Shown here piece by piece: positions 11,765-24,083 of a stretch of 64,000 nt of DNA. The stretch comes from Laetmonice hystrix (Eukaryota). The stretch's first letter is position 1, and the number at the start of each line of letters is the position of its first letter. The notes under the pieces were generated by a model. It had not been told where the DNA came from, made no database searches, and saw nothing but the letters and a program-made list of their open reading frames with translations. A program made the position numbers and the translations under genes. The DNA is taken from positions 40,548,001-40,612,000 of the forward strand of contig OZ249438.1 of assembly GCA_965235115.1 (NCBI GenBank). Direction: 5' to 3'.

Positions 11765-12150
11765 CAACAACCAATGACGCGGCGTCTCCGTGACCCGGGG
11801 TCATGGACGCGGTTCGAGCTGTTGAATTCAAACCGAGCTCTGTCAGTGGTAGTGACTTGTAAAAAGTCGTCCGCACACCACGTACGACTTTGAATGTCAC
11901 CTGACGAACAGTACAGAACGTAACTTTTTACGATGACGTCTCTTTACGCCGAGTCAAACCGAGATGGTTAACTTCTAGACCGCACTCGCCAGGATCTAAG
12001 CGACCAATTGGGATTGCTCACCTGTTCAAAGGCGGGGAGTTAATCAAGTTGTACTCCCATTGAAGGGCTTACCCTCTGTCAGCGTGTGCGGTGGCTGCTC
12101 ACCTGAGCGGTCACACCTGAGCGGTCACACCTGAGCGGTCACACCTGAGT
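11765..12150 (+). promoter_or_regulatory. Possible internal promoter upstream of the 12173 exon
   Basis: CpG-rich. CCAAT near 11771 and 12004, TGACGT near 11934, four CACCTG E-boxes in a 14-bp repeat (12100-12149). Motifs only. Confidence 0.3.
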
Positions 12151-12172
12151 ACGACTGGTGATACCGACCGAG

Positions 12173-13102
12173 ATGAAGGGTTCCAGGACGACTAGCCGGG
12201 CGGTGTCGGCGCCGGTACGGACCGTCGTGTTGGATAGGTCGGACCTGGAGCTCCGCTGTAGCCAGGGACCACTGAACGTGGTCGGTCTGACAGCCAAGAT
12301 CCTCCGCAACATTGACTTGCCCAGGATGAGGGCCAAGCGTCTCCGACACAAACAACCCTCCCTCACCGACCTCCTCCAGGCGAAGGGGACGGTCCTCACA
12401 CAGGAGGACGCCGCGGGAGGATTCGTCACCGTGTCCCCACAGAAACCGGCAGTCCCTGTCATCAAGGACATGGTCACGAAACAAAAACCAGGAGTTTTAT
12501 CTGAGCAACTACCGGCTGAGTACATGAAGGAGTTAACAGAGTACATTAAGAAAGGGAAGTTAGATAGTGATGATAGCGGAGCGTCCTCAGGGACTATCAC
12601 CTCCTCAGACAAGGACAGCAGTGGCAGCAGTCACACACAGAGTTCTCCAGCATCCTCCAGGAGCACGGACGCTGAGGATGACCTGGAGGATGACGGAGGG
12701 TTCAGTGAGTGCTCCAGGAACGCCAGGAGGAGGAGGACTCTGACCAAAGCCTCCAGTGTTCATGGTGTCGACCCCAAGCCGACGTGTGTGAGATCACACG
12801 ACAGACTCAAAGATAGCGGCGAACTGAAGATGGAACATCTTACCGGGACAGACCTGGGGCCGACCCGGGGTGCGGTCCGCCACCCCCGGCCGCCTCGACC
12901 CCATGGCAGGGTTCTCCCTGATTATAAACCGGGATCTAAACGTAAGGGTACCAACCGGCCCCCGACTGCCCGCAGACCCGACCCTCTGACCACCTCAGAC
13001 AGCCAGGATGATGCCGGCTTTCTTTCTTCTTCTTCCACAGGGCGGAGGGTGAGACGGAATCGGAACGGGATGAGGGACGTCAACCAAGACGTCGACAATA
13101 TG
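12173..13102 (+). CDS. Large coding exon (310 aa, mostly disordered, S/D/R-rich); probable alternative first exon of the ASPP gene
   Basis: 930-nt non-repetitive open frame from ATG 12173 (in-frame stop at 12146) to ATG|gtgagt at 13102/13103, phase 0. Coding-like composition. I found no acceptor compatible with the phase-1 end of the upstream ASPP exon. Assignment to ASPP is inferred from position, strand and phase. Confidence 0.65.
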
Positions 13103-13756
13103 GTGAGTACGAAACCTTTACTCACCGGGAAATGGTGGCTTTAACATAATGGATTTATACAGTCACGACTTCCTGATCATGTTGTCTCACTCGGGAAATC
13201 ATTAAGGTATTAAAAAACAGTGTTTGAGCGTCCTTCCAAATAGCCGAAAGAGTCGACTTGTTTTGATGCCGCCTCTTACAGGTTGACATGGAAACACGCC
13301 AGACGCCCCCAGTGAAAACCTGCAGAGTGACTTTAACCAGCCAAATCAACCACTGTATTCCTTTGGGTATTTTGGAATGGTTCCTGATTTTATACATACC
13401 TGGGCAAAAGGCATTAGTAATGAGGTTGAAGGTGTCCTTGACAGTGATTGATGAAACTTAGAGAGATGAAACACTAAGGTAAGCTACAGGTCAGTACAGG
13501 TAAGTTACAGGTGTTTCCATAACTGTGACTTATATCTGAAGTAATCAATTCAGTTGAATTGCGCAGAACACTTACAGCTTGGGGCAATGAAGAAATTCCT
13601 TATATATAAACTGTTCAAAAGATATTCTATCTTTGGGAAGGCTTTCTTGGGGCGTAGTGAATGCGTGCGTTCTGTTGTTCTCTTGCCAAGGGACTTTCCC
13701 AATCTGTCCTGGAACCAGAACTAAAGATAAACAGAAGTGGGTGGATTCTATCTTTG

Positions 13757-14346
13757 TTAGGGAGTCAAAGAAGTGAAAGCTTTTCATCTGCCAGATTACC
13801 ACAGATTCTTAGGGAGTCAAAGAAGTGAATACTTATCATCTATCAGATTACCACAAATCATATTCTTAGGGAGTCAAAGAAGTCAAAACTTATCATCTAT
13901 CAGATTACCACAAATCGTATTCTTAGGGAGTCAAAGATGTCAAAACTTATCATCTATCAGATTACCACAAATCATATTCTTAGGGAGTCAAAGATGTCAA
14001 AACTTATCATCTATCAGATTACCACAAATCGTATTCTTAGGGAGTCAAAGAAGTCAAAACTTATCATCTATCAGATTACCACAAATCATATTCTGAGGGA
14101 GTCCAAGAAGTCAAAACTTATCATCTATCAAATTACATGTACCACAAATCAGATTCTTAGGGAGTCAAAGAGGTCAAAACTTATCATCTATCAGATTACC
14201 ACAAATCATATTCTTAGGGAGTCAAAGAAGTCAAAACTTATCATCTATCAGATTACCACAAATCAGATTCTTAGGGAGTCCAAGAAGTCAAAACTTATCA
14301 TCTATCTACCACAAATCATATTCTCAGGGAGTCAAAGAAGTGAAAT
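13757..14346. repeat. 57-bp minisatellite, about 10 copies
   Basis: Unit ATCTATCAGATTACCACAAATCATATTCTTAGGGAGTCAAAGAAGTCAAAACTTATC; gives 19-aa periodic ORFs. Confidence 0.96.
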
Positions 14347-14529
14347 TACCACAATCAGATGTGGCCTTCAATCCACCCCGCTACAGCCAATATCTGTAAC
14401 CATCCCTATCTCTATTCTAATCCCCATCCCATCCCATAATATTTGTACATGACTTTAAGGTGGCTATTATCTGATGACGTAACCGTGAGAGCCTCCTCTA
14501 TCGATAAAATTGATAGATAAGTCAATTAG

Positions 14530-14725
14530 GGGTACGGTGAGACAGGTGCCCGGCGTGGGGTCAGGTATGGTGGGAGATCAGGGTTCTCCACAGGTAACTA
14601 AGTACGGTGAGACAGAAGGTGCCCAGTGTGGGGTCAGGGTTCTCCACAGGTAACTCGGTATGGTGAGACAGGTGCCCAGTGTGGGGTCAGGTATGGTGGG
14701 AGGTCAGGGCTCTCCACAGGTGAGA
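14530..14725. repeat. Degenerate ~55-70-bp repeat, 3 copies, each containing CTCCACAG|GT
   Basis: Direct reading. Confidence 0.75.
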
Positions 14726-15671
14726 CATGTCTGACAATAAAGAGATGACCCTCTATTGTCAGTGAATGTCAGGTGGGTTGGGCTTGGACCACCCGGCATG
14801 CGTGAATCACACCCCACTCGGTGAATTGACACCCCAAACCATAACGGGGTATCCAGTCACACCCCGAAATCTTGACAGGGGGATTCTTTCACACCCCGGG
14901 CCTGGCAGGGTAATTAAACACCACCCCAAACCTCTAGGTAATCTTATCACGTCTAGAATCTTGGCAGATAATGTAATGAGTGTTAAAAAACACGAAGATC
15001 ATATTGTTTGGCCTCTGGCGGTGGTATAGTATTAAAAGAAAATATCTCGGGTGCCGCCAACTTTCGGTATGATTCCCATCGGAAGGAGAGACGTCATTTT
15101 TTCTTGGAATATTTTCTAAGAAGCGAAAAGGAAATGAAGTGACAATTGCCTGTGGACATTAACAGTGATGAAATATTCATAGAATGAATCACTTATGGGA
15201 CCTAGGATCAAACGATGCGTGGACCCACCAACCCAGGAATTCCTCACTGCTGTCTGGGACTTTGTCATTATGGGTCCGGTAATGAGCGCTCGCCCCGCCC
15301 CCTGGGGAGAAACCAACACATTACAGAGACAGTGAGTGACTGACCACTCGATGTGGGCCTCCATGTCCCGGCGGCCTGCTGCGGGCCTCGTAATATGAAG
15401 GTGAGCGTTGAGGTAACCGCCATGCAGGTGGGCGGGGGTGGGGGGGGTACTCCCAGGTAATCCCACCTGGTACAACCCTAAGGTCCGTTACCTTTGATTT
15501 CCACAGGTATAGCGACGTACCAGGCCACATGGGGTGGAGTGATACAAATAGAAAAGAATAAATAATTTGAAGTTCAAAGCAATGTCCTTTTAATGGCGCC
15601 CATCGCGTCATGAAAATGTTCACCTATGTCCGTTTAAATTGTGTGATGCGCGGGCATGTAGGAGGCGGCCT

Positions 15672-16447
15672 GACCCAGGTGGTGGGTCAGTGAGTCTGAC
15701 CGGCCGCCTTAGGTCGTGTAGGACCCAGGGGGTGGGTCAGTGACGGCCGCCTCAGGCCGTGCAGGACCCAGGGGGTGGGTCAGTGAGTCTGAACGGCCGC
15801 CTCAGGCCGTGTAGGACCCAGGGGGTGGGTCAGTGAGTCTGAACGGTCGCCTCAGGTCGTGTAGGACCCAGGGGGTGGGTCAGTGAGTCTGAACGGCCGC
15901 CTCAGGCCGTGTAGGACCCAGGGGGTGGGTCAGTGAGTCTGAACGGCCGCCTCAAGCCGTGCAGGACCCAGGGGGTGGGTCAGTGAGTCTGAACGGCCGT
16001 GCAGGACCCAGGGGGTGGGTCAGTGAGTCTGAACGGCCGTGCAGGACCCAGGGGGTGGGTCAGTGAGTCTGAACGGCCGTGCAGGACCCAGGGGGTGGGT
16101 CAGTGAGTCTGAACGGCCGTGCAGGACCCAGGGGGTGGGTCAGTGAGTCTGAACGGCCGTGCAGGACCCAGGGGGTGGGTCAGTGAGTCTGAACGGCCGC
16201 CTCAGGCCGTGCAGGACCCAGGGGTGGGTCAGTGAGCCTTAGGCCGTGAAGGACCCAGGGGGTGGGTCAGTGAGTCTGAACGGCCGCCTCAGGCCGTGCA
16301 GGACCCAGGGGGTGGGTCAGTGACGGCCGCCTCAGGCCGTGCAGGACCCAGGGGGTGGGTCAGTGAGTTTGAACGGCTGCCTCAGGCCGTGCAGGACCCA
16401 GGGGGTGGGTCAGTGAGTTTGAAAGGCCGCCTCAGGCCGTGCAGGAC
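15672..16447. repeat. 50/40-bp GC-rich minisatellite
   Basis: Unit GGACCCAGGGGGTGGGTCAGTGAGTCTGAACGGCCGCCTCAGGCCGTGYA, with a central run of 40-bp deletion variants. Confidence 0.97.
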
Positions 16448-19400
16448 AACTAACCGTTTCCAGGTTTCCGTGAATACGTTAAACACATAATTGAGGCCCT
16501 CGTGACCAGCACATTGACCAGGTCGCTGGAACAACCTGACACTCATTAAGTCACGTGTGGATATGACTCATGCCAGAAAAATAATTTTAAAGTACCCTTT
16601 TAAGAACTTGCATTTGAGTTTTGGTTATTTATCATGTCATTTGATGATTTCATGATATATCATGAAATGGGCTCCAAGGAGTTTCAAAATCGGATGTATA
16701 TGCGCCTGATCAAAGTAAAAAATCTTGAATACACAAACCAAAATAATCATATATATTAATGTCCAAGTGGCCTGTGTCGGTACTGAGTCTGCAGCTTACA
16801 GTAGTTAAGATCAGGTGTTGCGCAGTTCGTACCTGTCACCTGACACCTATTATCATGGTCATGTTCGCACCTGGAAGTATTTACTTATCAATGTCAGCAG
16901 TTCGGAGTCCACCTTGGATGTAATACCTGTTATAACACACCACCACTTAACAGTGCCCGAGCATGGGACAACTGGCGTCAGCTATAGTAACGTGAAAAAG
17001 TCGCCAGTCATGTCAATAGTTGTTTCTGGGTAACTGTCGTTTGGTGGTGAGTGGGATGAGACAGGATGACCATTGTGGTCACAGTGTGACGGAATGTGTG
17101 ACATTGGACGAGAATGGCAAACCACAATAGGTTCGCGTTCAGCGCACGCTAGTTTTGACTTCAAACTCAACGCCGCTGCCACTTGCATAAGAGCCGACAC
17201 TTCCGAACTGTCAGAAGCAATTTGAAGAAGAAATTGGAGATGTTGAAGGGTTAGGAGCACTTTGTTAGGCGCCTGCTGCTCAATTGTGAGCCATTAACGG
17301 GGTACTTTTAGGTCACTCAAGTGTGACCTTACCTGTGGGCCAAAGTGGTCACACTTGACGCATGGGCCATAAACTGTACGGGTCCTATCTTCATCACCTC
17401 TAACGTGGCAAGGGGAAACTTCTATACGATCATTCCGAATTGTCCCAGAGTTTTGTGGGAGTGTGCTCGTTGAGCTGATGTTTCATTAAACCCCTATGAG
17501 GAGTACATTAATGGCCAGCTTGGAGTACGGCGAGGAGGTCATTGAGCTCTCCGTTATATAAGTACATAGAGATCATGACTGACTGATGTATATACCGGAC
17601 CTTTCATTGCCACGGTAATTATAGCAATATATCTACATTACCAACGTAATCACAGAGCTACGCCTTCATGACCAACGACCTTAGACACGTATAGGAGCAC
17701 AGTTATGTGAGCATTTGGCTAAAATTACTCGTATAATTAAAGACCTTGGCCTGCATCAATGGCCACCAAGAATTTCCGCTTTCAATCAAGCAACCCGAAA
17801 TGGAGATCTTTCTCTCTCTCCAGATTTGTCACACCAAACAAACCAATTCACAGCATTGACCCTGTAACTTGTAACTGACCCTAGGGTACCAGGGTGTAAC
17901 ACTCGACCCAGGGATTGTAGCTTGGTCCGGTCTGTAAGCTGTGACGATGACAAAACTGTCCCAGGAACAGGCCACAACGACCTCCGTTATTCATGGACAC
18001 AACCAGAATGGTAGTTTACTCATTTCAAGAGAAGAAACTGACAATGATGAAGATGTATGGTCCCATCTGATGGCCTCAAAGTACCCATTTAACGCCATGC
18101 GCTAAAAGTCGAAAATTGGTTCAATTATTGTCCGTTTGGATCGTTGCATCTAGGAAAAGAGGGTCAAATGAGCTTTTGACACATATTGCCCTTTTCTCCT
18201 TCGTTTAACCTTGTGTTTGATGTGATATAGGACAATACATTAAACGTTATATCCAATGCCGGATAAGAAATGGATTCGATCTCGTGGTTTGGAATGGACA
18301 GGGGCGGGGCCCCGAACCTCACACACAGAGTTCAACACGGTAGTTTGGGGTTACCTTGAAAACATCAGGAATGCCCAAGGGGTAATTCGGGGTCCTGACC
18401 AGTCTATGCCCCTGCTCCATGCCTGCCTTCATGTTGGCCCTCAATCAGTGCACCCACACGCCCATCTACACCCGCTACGACCTGCCATCATGGGGTCACA
18501 CACCCCACTACTTCATGATGTATGGATCCAAGTGGTCAGAGTATAGATCCTACCGCTTTATGTCAGAAACAACGGTCGTATTGCCCCATGGTCTCACTCC
18601 CACTTAGTGTTGGCAGAGAGGGAAGGATCTCACAGGTAGACCTTGGCGGTCAGAGATACGGTTCGTTCTCTTATGGCGGCAAGTGATAGATAGCGGGAAA
18701 TCCTTGAATACACTGTGGCAGAACTTTGACAAATAATAACAATGGTTCAGTTGTTCCTCTCGGCACAGTCCCGTTGCTCAGCCTGTAAAGGGGAGATTGT
18801 GACATTTTCCGGTCTAGTTTATCCCTGTAAGGTATAAAGATTATTGGGGATTCATTGTTCATCCCTGTAAGGTATAGAGATTATGATCCATTCTCTGGCT
18901 GTCCCCGCGGGGTAAGGATTACATGTGTAGCACCGTCTCTGATTTCCTGACTCCTTTTCACCTTTTTGAAGTCAGATCTTAAAACTTACAGGATAGAGGC
19001 AGTCCTGAATCGAGCGTATAAAGTCAGATACATGTTGTGTATATTATTAATGCTCTTCATATCAGACCCAGGTGAATCGTGCTGTTTCAGCAGATCATGG
19101 TCTCCCTGACGGTCCAGCTGACTCAAGTCCTCAATCTAAAAACGGATTCAGCGAAAAGTTATTTTTCCACCTTACCGACTTGAGAACGACGCAGTACTGG
19201 ACTGTGAAACCGCCTCGTGCTGACCCAGAGGGTGTCAATTGTTGGCAGAACGATCCAGCAAGGAGAAAGATGCATTGTGCTTTGGCACAACACTTGTTAC
19301 TTGCGGCAAGAGTGTGGCCATTGTCCGAGGGTACTGATCGGGGGGGGGGGAGAAGTGAATGAAGTGGTAGTGAAGGTCCTGAGGCCTGTTACCTGACAGG

Positions 19401-19562
19401 TGGCACGAGGTCTGTGGTACATGGATATAGAAACCAGCACTCTAAACGCTTGCATGTTCCAGGGCTCTAAGCTTGTAGGAAGGACATGGGCCCAGTTCGT
19501 AAAAACTTAAGATCTTGCTAAAGCTGATTCGAAACTTACGTTTGATTGGCCGGTGTAAGCAG

Positions 19563-19693
19563 ACCAGCCAATCAGAAGCGTTAAGCTCTGCTTGGAGAGA
19601 GGTTCACCAGCCAATCAGAAGCGTTAAGCTCTGCTTGGAGAGAGGTTCACCAGCCAATCAGAAGCGTTAAGCTCTGCTTGGAGAGAGGTTCAC
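19563..19693. repeat. 43-bp triplication carrying CCAAT boxes
   Basis: ACCAGCCAATCAGAAGCGTTAAGCTCTGCTTGGAGAGAGGTTC x3. Confidence 0.95.
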
Positions 19694-20123
19694 TGGGACA
19701 TGATTCTGGTCCTTCCAGTACTGTTGTTGAAGGCGGACACTAAAGTTTAAAGTATGTGGTCGCGCGTGTGTATGGGAGGGAAGGGGTGATAAAAGAAGCA
19801 GGCCTGCCATTATTTATACAAATTCTCCTGATCTCAGCGAGAGACAAGGCACATGGCAGGTCGGCGTGCCAGCAGAGAGTGAGAAGTAGAAATGTGAAGG
19901 CATTAGCCGGGAGGAAAGTGATACTGTTCTGGTGGCTGAAGTAACGGGAAACCTGATCAGGTGGTAGTTATAGCTGGGTGGCATGTTGGTTGGTTGGTTG
20001 TGGAGTGGGGTGGGGGTTGGTAGGCTGGCGGGGCCGGCGGCAAGCGGAGGGGAGGAGGAGGAGGAGGAGAGGCTGACGTACTCAGTAGTAAGAATTGCAT
20101 CTTTCGCCTCAGTCCGGACGAGT

Positions 20124-20144
20124 ATGGCTGGGCTGTCATGGCAG
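20124..20144 (+). CDS. Candidate short alternative first coding exon (MAGLSWQ)
   Basis: agtATGG start context; CAG|gtgagt donor in phase 0; GC-rich sequence and a CCAAT array upstream. Could be chance given its length. Confidence 0.3.
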
Positions 20145-21669
20145 GTGAGTCACATAAACCGGCTTTGTTTTGGATGTCAAGAAACGGTGTGGATTATCGT
20201 TTATAACGCACGGTCATACAGGCAGGTTTTCATAGCGAGGATCACCACAGTAATGACCAAATTGGAGGATTATTCTGGCTCAATATCGTGGCACAAGTCC
20301 ACGCCAACTGCCCTCTTATATGATGTTGGAAATCAAGAGGCGAGTCCAATCTGGAGCAGTGGTAGGGGTGGCAGGCAGGTGGAGGGGTTGGCGGGAGGAT
20401 TGGGATGTTTCAGGCTTGTCGTGACTTGTACTCGTTGAGCTGGAGGCGAGGCGTACAGGAGAAGTTGGTTGTAGAGGTTCAATCATCATCCCGGAGGTGG
20501 CCATAGCCGCCCGGCAATCTATAAACAAGAGGCGGAGAGCCAGCCTGGCCCGGCCACTGTGCCGAATGCCGCCAGGCGGCGCTGTTTACCCACACCGTCG
20601 GCCCTTCCCTCCAGGTCTACCCCTGCCGACTACAACCGAAATCCTGCCGAGTCTGGGAATGTTTGCAGCAGTCTGTCATCGACCTCTCATTATTAATCTC
20701 ATGGCCGATTGACAATGTTAATATCATCAGGGAGTTATCGGTTATTAACTAACAAAGACGGGGGTTCAGTGTTTGTCTAGATCCCAGTGGTGAGCCTCAT
20801 CTCTGTCCACTCGGTTCACTCGTCCCTGAAGTAAAGTCAGTGCAGTTTGGCATCGTGCCCGGCCCACATGCCATCGGGGGCCGAGGCAGCTGGGTTTGTT
20901 TACCGTAGAGAAGTTACTATCTCACAACTACAAGCAAATCTAGCCTCAAGAAATATCTCAAGCGTTACATCGGTGGTGCAGACAGTATTATCATCAGTGA
21001 GCGATAGTTTCCTGACGAATGATATGGTGATCATTCAGTGTGTGTATGTGCCGGCATGTCGTCTACAGGCATTGGGCGGTGTATTATGTAGCGTACGTAT
21101 ATGTCCAGACAACAGGCCGAGTTCTGAAGTTGAGAAATGGCGTAAAACCTGTGAGAATCTTTTTGTACGACTGATAAGCTGTGAGGTTGGCTCCTGAATA
21201 GTCGTGTGGTGACCTTGAGTGGTCAGTTGAAGGTCACATTTTCAGCGATATGTGCATGAAGTGAGAAATATTTTGTGTGATGAAGGCATATCTCCCGACT
21301 ACCCCACTTTGATCTGTTGGTTTCCTTTGGTCAGTGTAAATTGACCCCGACTGTGTTCAGCGTTTGATTCCGATAAGTCAGCGTCTCAGATCTCAGCAGG
21401 GGGTCCAATACATGGTCAATGTCTTGTTTCCCGTATGTAGGTCGTGGGAGAGTTGTAATGTACGTCATTGGAAATACATACGGCTCTAGCGGCATACTCA
21501 CGTCAGACTGGCGTGTCAAATGACCTACCTCCTGACCCCGCCCAAGTGGTAGTCGGAGCCAACTGCCATAGCAACGGTAGCCATGACATTCTTCTCTTTT
21601 TTTATACTGCGCGCAGTGCATTGGTCGATACAAGTGGGCAGAAGGAGGAGAGTGTAGAGGACACGCCTG

Positions 21670-23431
21670 GGGGCGAAATGTGTGATTGTCTGGTGGAATA
21701 CTGCCATGATATCAGGCCGTTAGTGCCACGTCTGAGGGCGAAATGTGGGATTGTCTGGTGGAATACTGCCATGATATCAGGCCGTTAGTGCCACGTCTGA
21801 GGGCGAAATGTGTGATTGTCTGGTGGAATACTGCCATGATATCAGGCCGTTAGTGCCACGTCTGAAATGTGTGATTGTCTGGTGGAATACTGCCATGATA
21901 TCAGGCCGTTAGTGCCACGTCTGAGGGCGAAATGTGGGATTGTCTGGTGGAATACTGCCATGATATCAGGCCGTTAGTGCCACGTGTGCTTAATGTAAAC
22001 AAACTGTCACTGAATGTAAAAAAATCTAATTACATAATTTTTCCTTATAACACTCAACCCTCAACGCCAATCGATAACATTATAATCAACGGACAAAAAA
22101 TTGAACGTGTGGCCCAGACTAAATTTTTAGGTTTTGTGATAGAAAGTGATTTATCCTGGAAATGTCACATAAAATATCTCTGTAATAAAATAGCTAAGTC
22201 GATTGGTATTATCTCAAAGGCAAGGACTGTGTTAGACACTGATACCCTGATCAAACTATACTATTCTTTTTTGTATTCTTACTTTCATAATGGCATTATA
22301 GTTTGGGGAAAGGCTAACAAAACCTTATTACTCCCAATGTTTAAACTTCAGAAAAGAGCAATTAGATTAATATTTAATAAACCTCAGAGAACTCATACAA
22401 ATCCATTATTCCTTAAAGCCAATATTTTACCATTAGATGATATTTACAATTACTCATTAGTGGTTTTCATGTTTAAAGTATATCAGGAACTAACTCCTGA
22501 GCCAATCTCAGACCTTTTCATTAAAAGAAGGGAGCTTGTTCAGAGGACAACTAGACAATCACACCACTTTTCCCTTCCGCCCATAGGAGGGCAGCTACTA
22601 GAAAAATCTGTATTCTACCAGGGTCCCAAGCTTCTTAACAAATTCCTTACAGATGGCTCTATTCAAATGAATTCATCAATCCATACCTTTAAACGTAGAT
22701 TGAAAATGAAACTACTCAATGACCTGTGTGGGCATGCCACTATGAAGTGATCATGATCATGATGGTGTGTCTTCCTATGCTAAATGCTAAACTAATATAT
22801 ATCTCAAGCAATCATCCATTCTCATTTTCATCAGCTGTAAATTCTCATATTATTTGTTTGTATCGTATCTCTTGTTTATATTTTGTTTCTCACCTTGTTT
22901 TGTAAAATTTAAATCACTTTATTTCTTTAATAGACTAACCTATCTCTACCATAGAAAGGATCACGCTTGTGTATAATTATCGCTAATGTATACAACGTAA
23001 TAACAGCAGGATGTATATAAGTTTTCATGTATAAACTTCTTCATCCCTACGTAACAGTTGTACAGGCCAACATATTAGAAAATAAACAATCAATCAATCA
23101 AATCAATCAATCAACGTCTGAGGGCGAAATGTGTGATTGTCTGGTGGAATACTGCCGTTAGTGCCACGTCTGAGGGCGAAATGTGTGATTGTCTGGTGGA
23201 ATACTGCCATGATATCAGGCCGTTAGTGCCACGTCTGAGGGCGAAATGTGGGATTGTCTGGTGGAATACTGCCATGATATCAGGACGTTAGTGCCACGTC
23301 TGAGGGCGAAATGTGTGATTGTCTGGTGGAATACTGCCATGATATCAGGCCGTTAGTGCCACGTCTGAGGGCGAAATGTGTGATTGTCTGGTGGAATACT
23401 GCCATGATATCAGGCCGTTAGTGCCACGTCT
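21670..23431. repeat. 65-bp minisatellite split by a LINE insertion (21670-21985 and 23114-23431)
   Basis: Unit TCTGAGGGCGAAATGTGTGATTGTCTGGTGGAATACTGCCATGATATCAGGCCGTTAGTGCCACG on both sides of the insert. Confidence 0.96.
21986..23113 (+). mobile_element. 5'-truncated non-LTR retrotransposon (CR1/L2 group, Crack-like): ORF2 C-terminus, 3' UTR and (TCAA)n tail
   Basis: Uninterrupted frame to 22750 with NKLSLNVKKS, KFLG..I...LSW..HI, LQKRAIR and Y.GPKL.N motifs typical of the end of the RT region. AATAAA at 23081, then a microsatellite tail. ACGT occurs at both junctions. Confidence 0.9.
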
Positions 23432-24083
23432 CGGCAGTTACAGGCCTGTGTCTCATTCACTGCCAGACTTTGGCTCTGTGCCAGCACCAGGGGTCAGTCT
23501 CACTCGACCAGATTATTTAGCGTATGCTAATGTCAAACAGCTTCATCTATTTCATATATTGCTGCATTAAAGGAGACATATTAGTTAGCTTTTGTTGGAA
23601 GAGAAGCACGATGATTCATAGGGGACTAAAAAAACTGGTGAAAGTTACGAATAGAAGGAAAATACATGTCGTAGGTCTGGATTTATACTTGCTCTGTGAT
23701 CGATTATATGTTGATGCTTACAACGTGGGTGAATATAGTTAGCTGGGGTCACCAAGGACAACCTAAACATGTAATATATGTTGAGCAGCTGTCGACCCGA
23801 AAGTGGACTGGCAAATGCTAGAGCAGCAGCTCCACCGGTACTTTTTAAAGGATTCGGATGAAGTAGTACTAATAGTTGAGACATTTTCATTAATTGATGA
23901 CATATTTGCTATCTATATCTTAAGGATCCCTATAAATGGTAGATAGATTATATTAAGAGTAGCAAACTTTCAGTGTGAGCCTGAGAAATTAGTTTCCTGT
24001 TTGACAAGTTCTATTTGAAAAGATTTATTGAACATCTTCAGTTCAACCGATGGTTCTAGCCGCCAGGTGACCTGTGGATGGGT

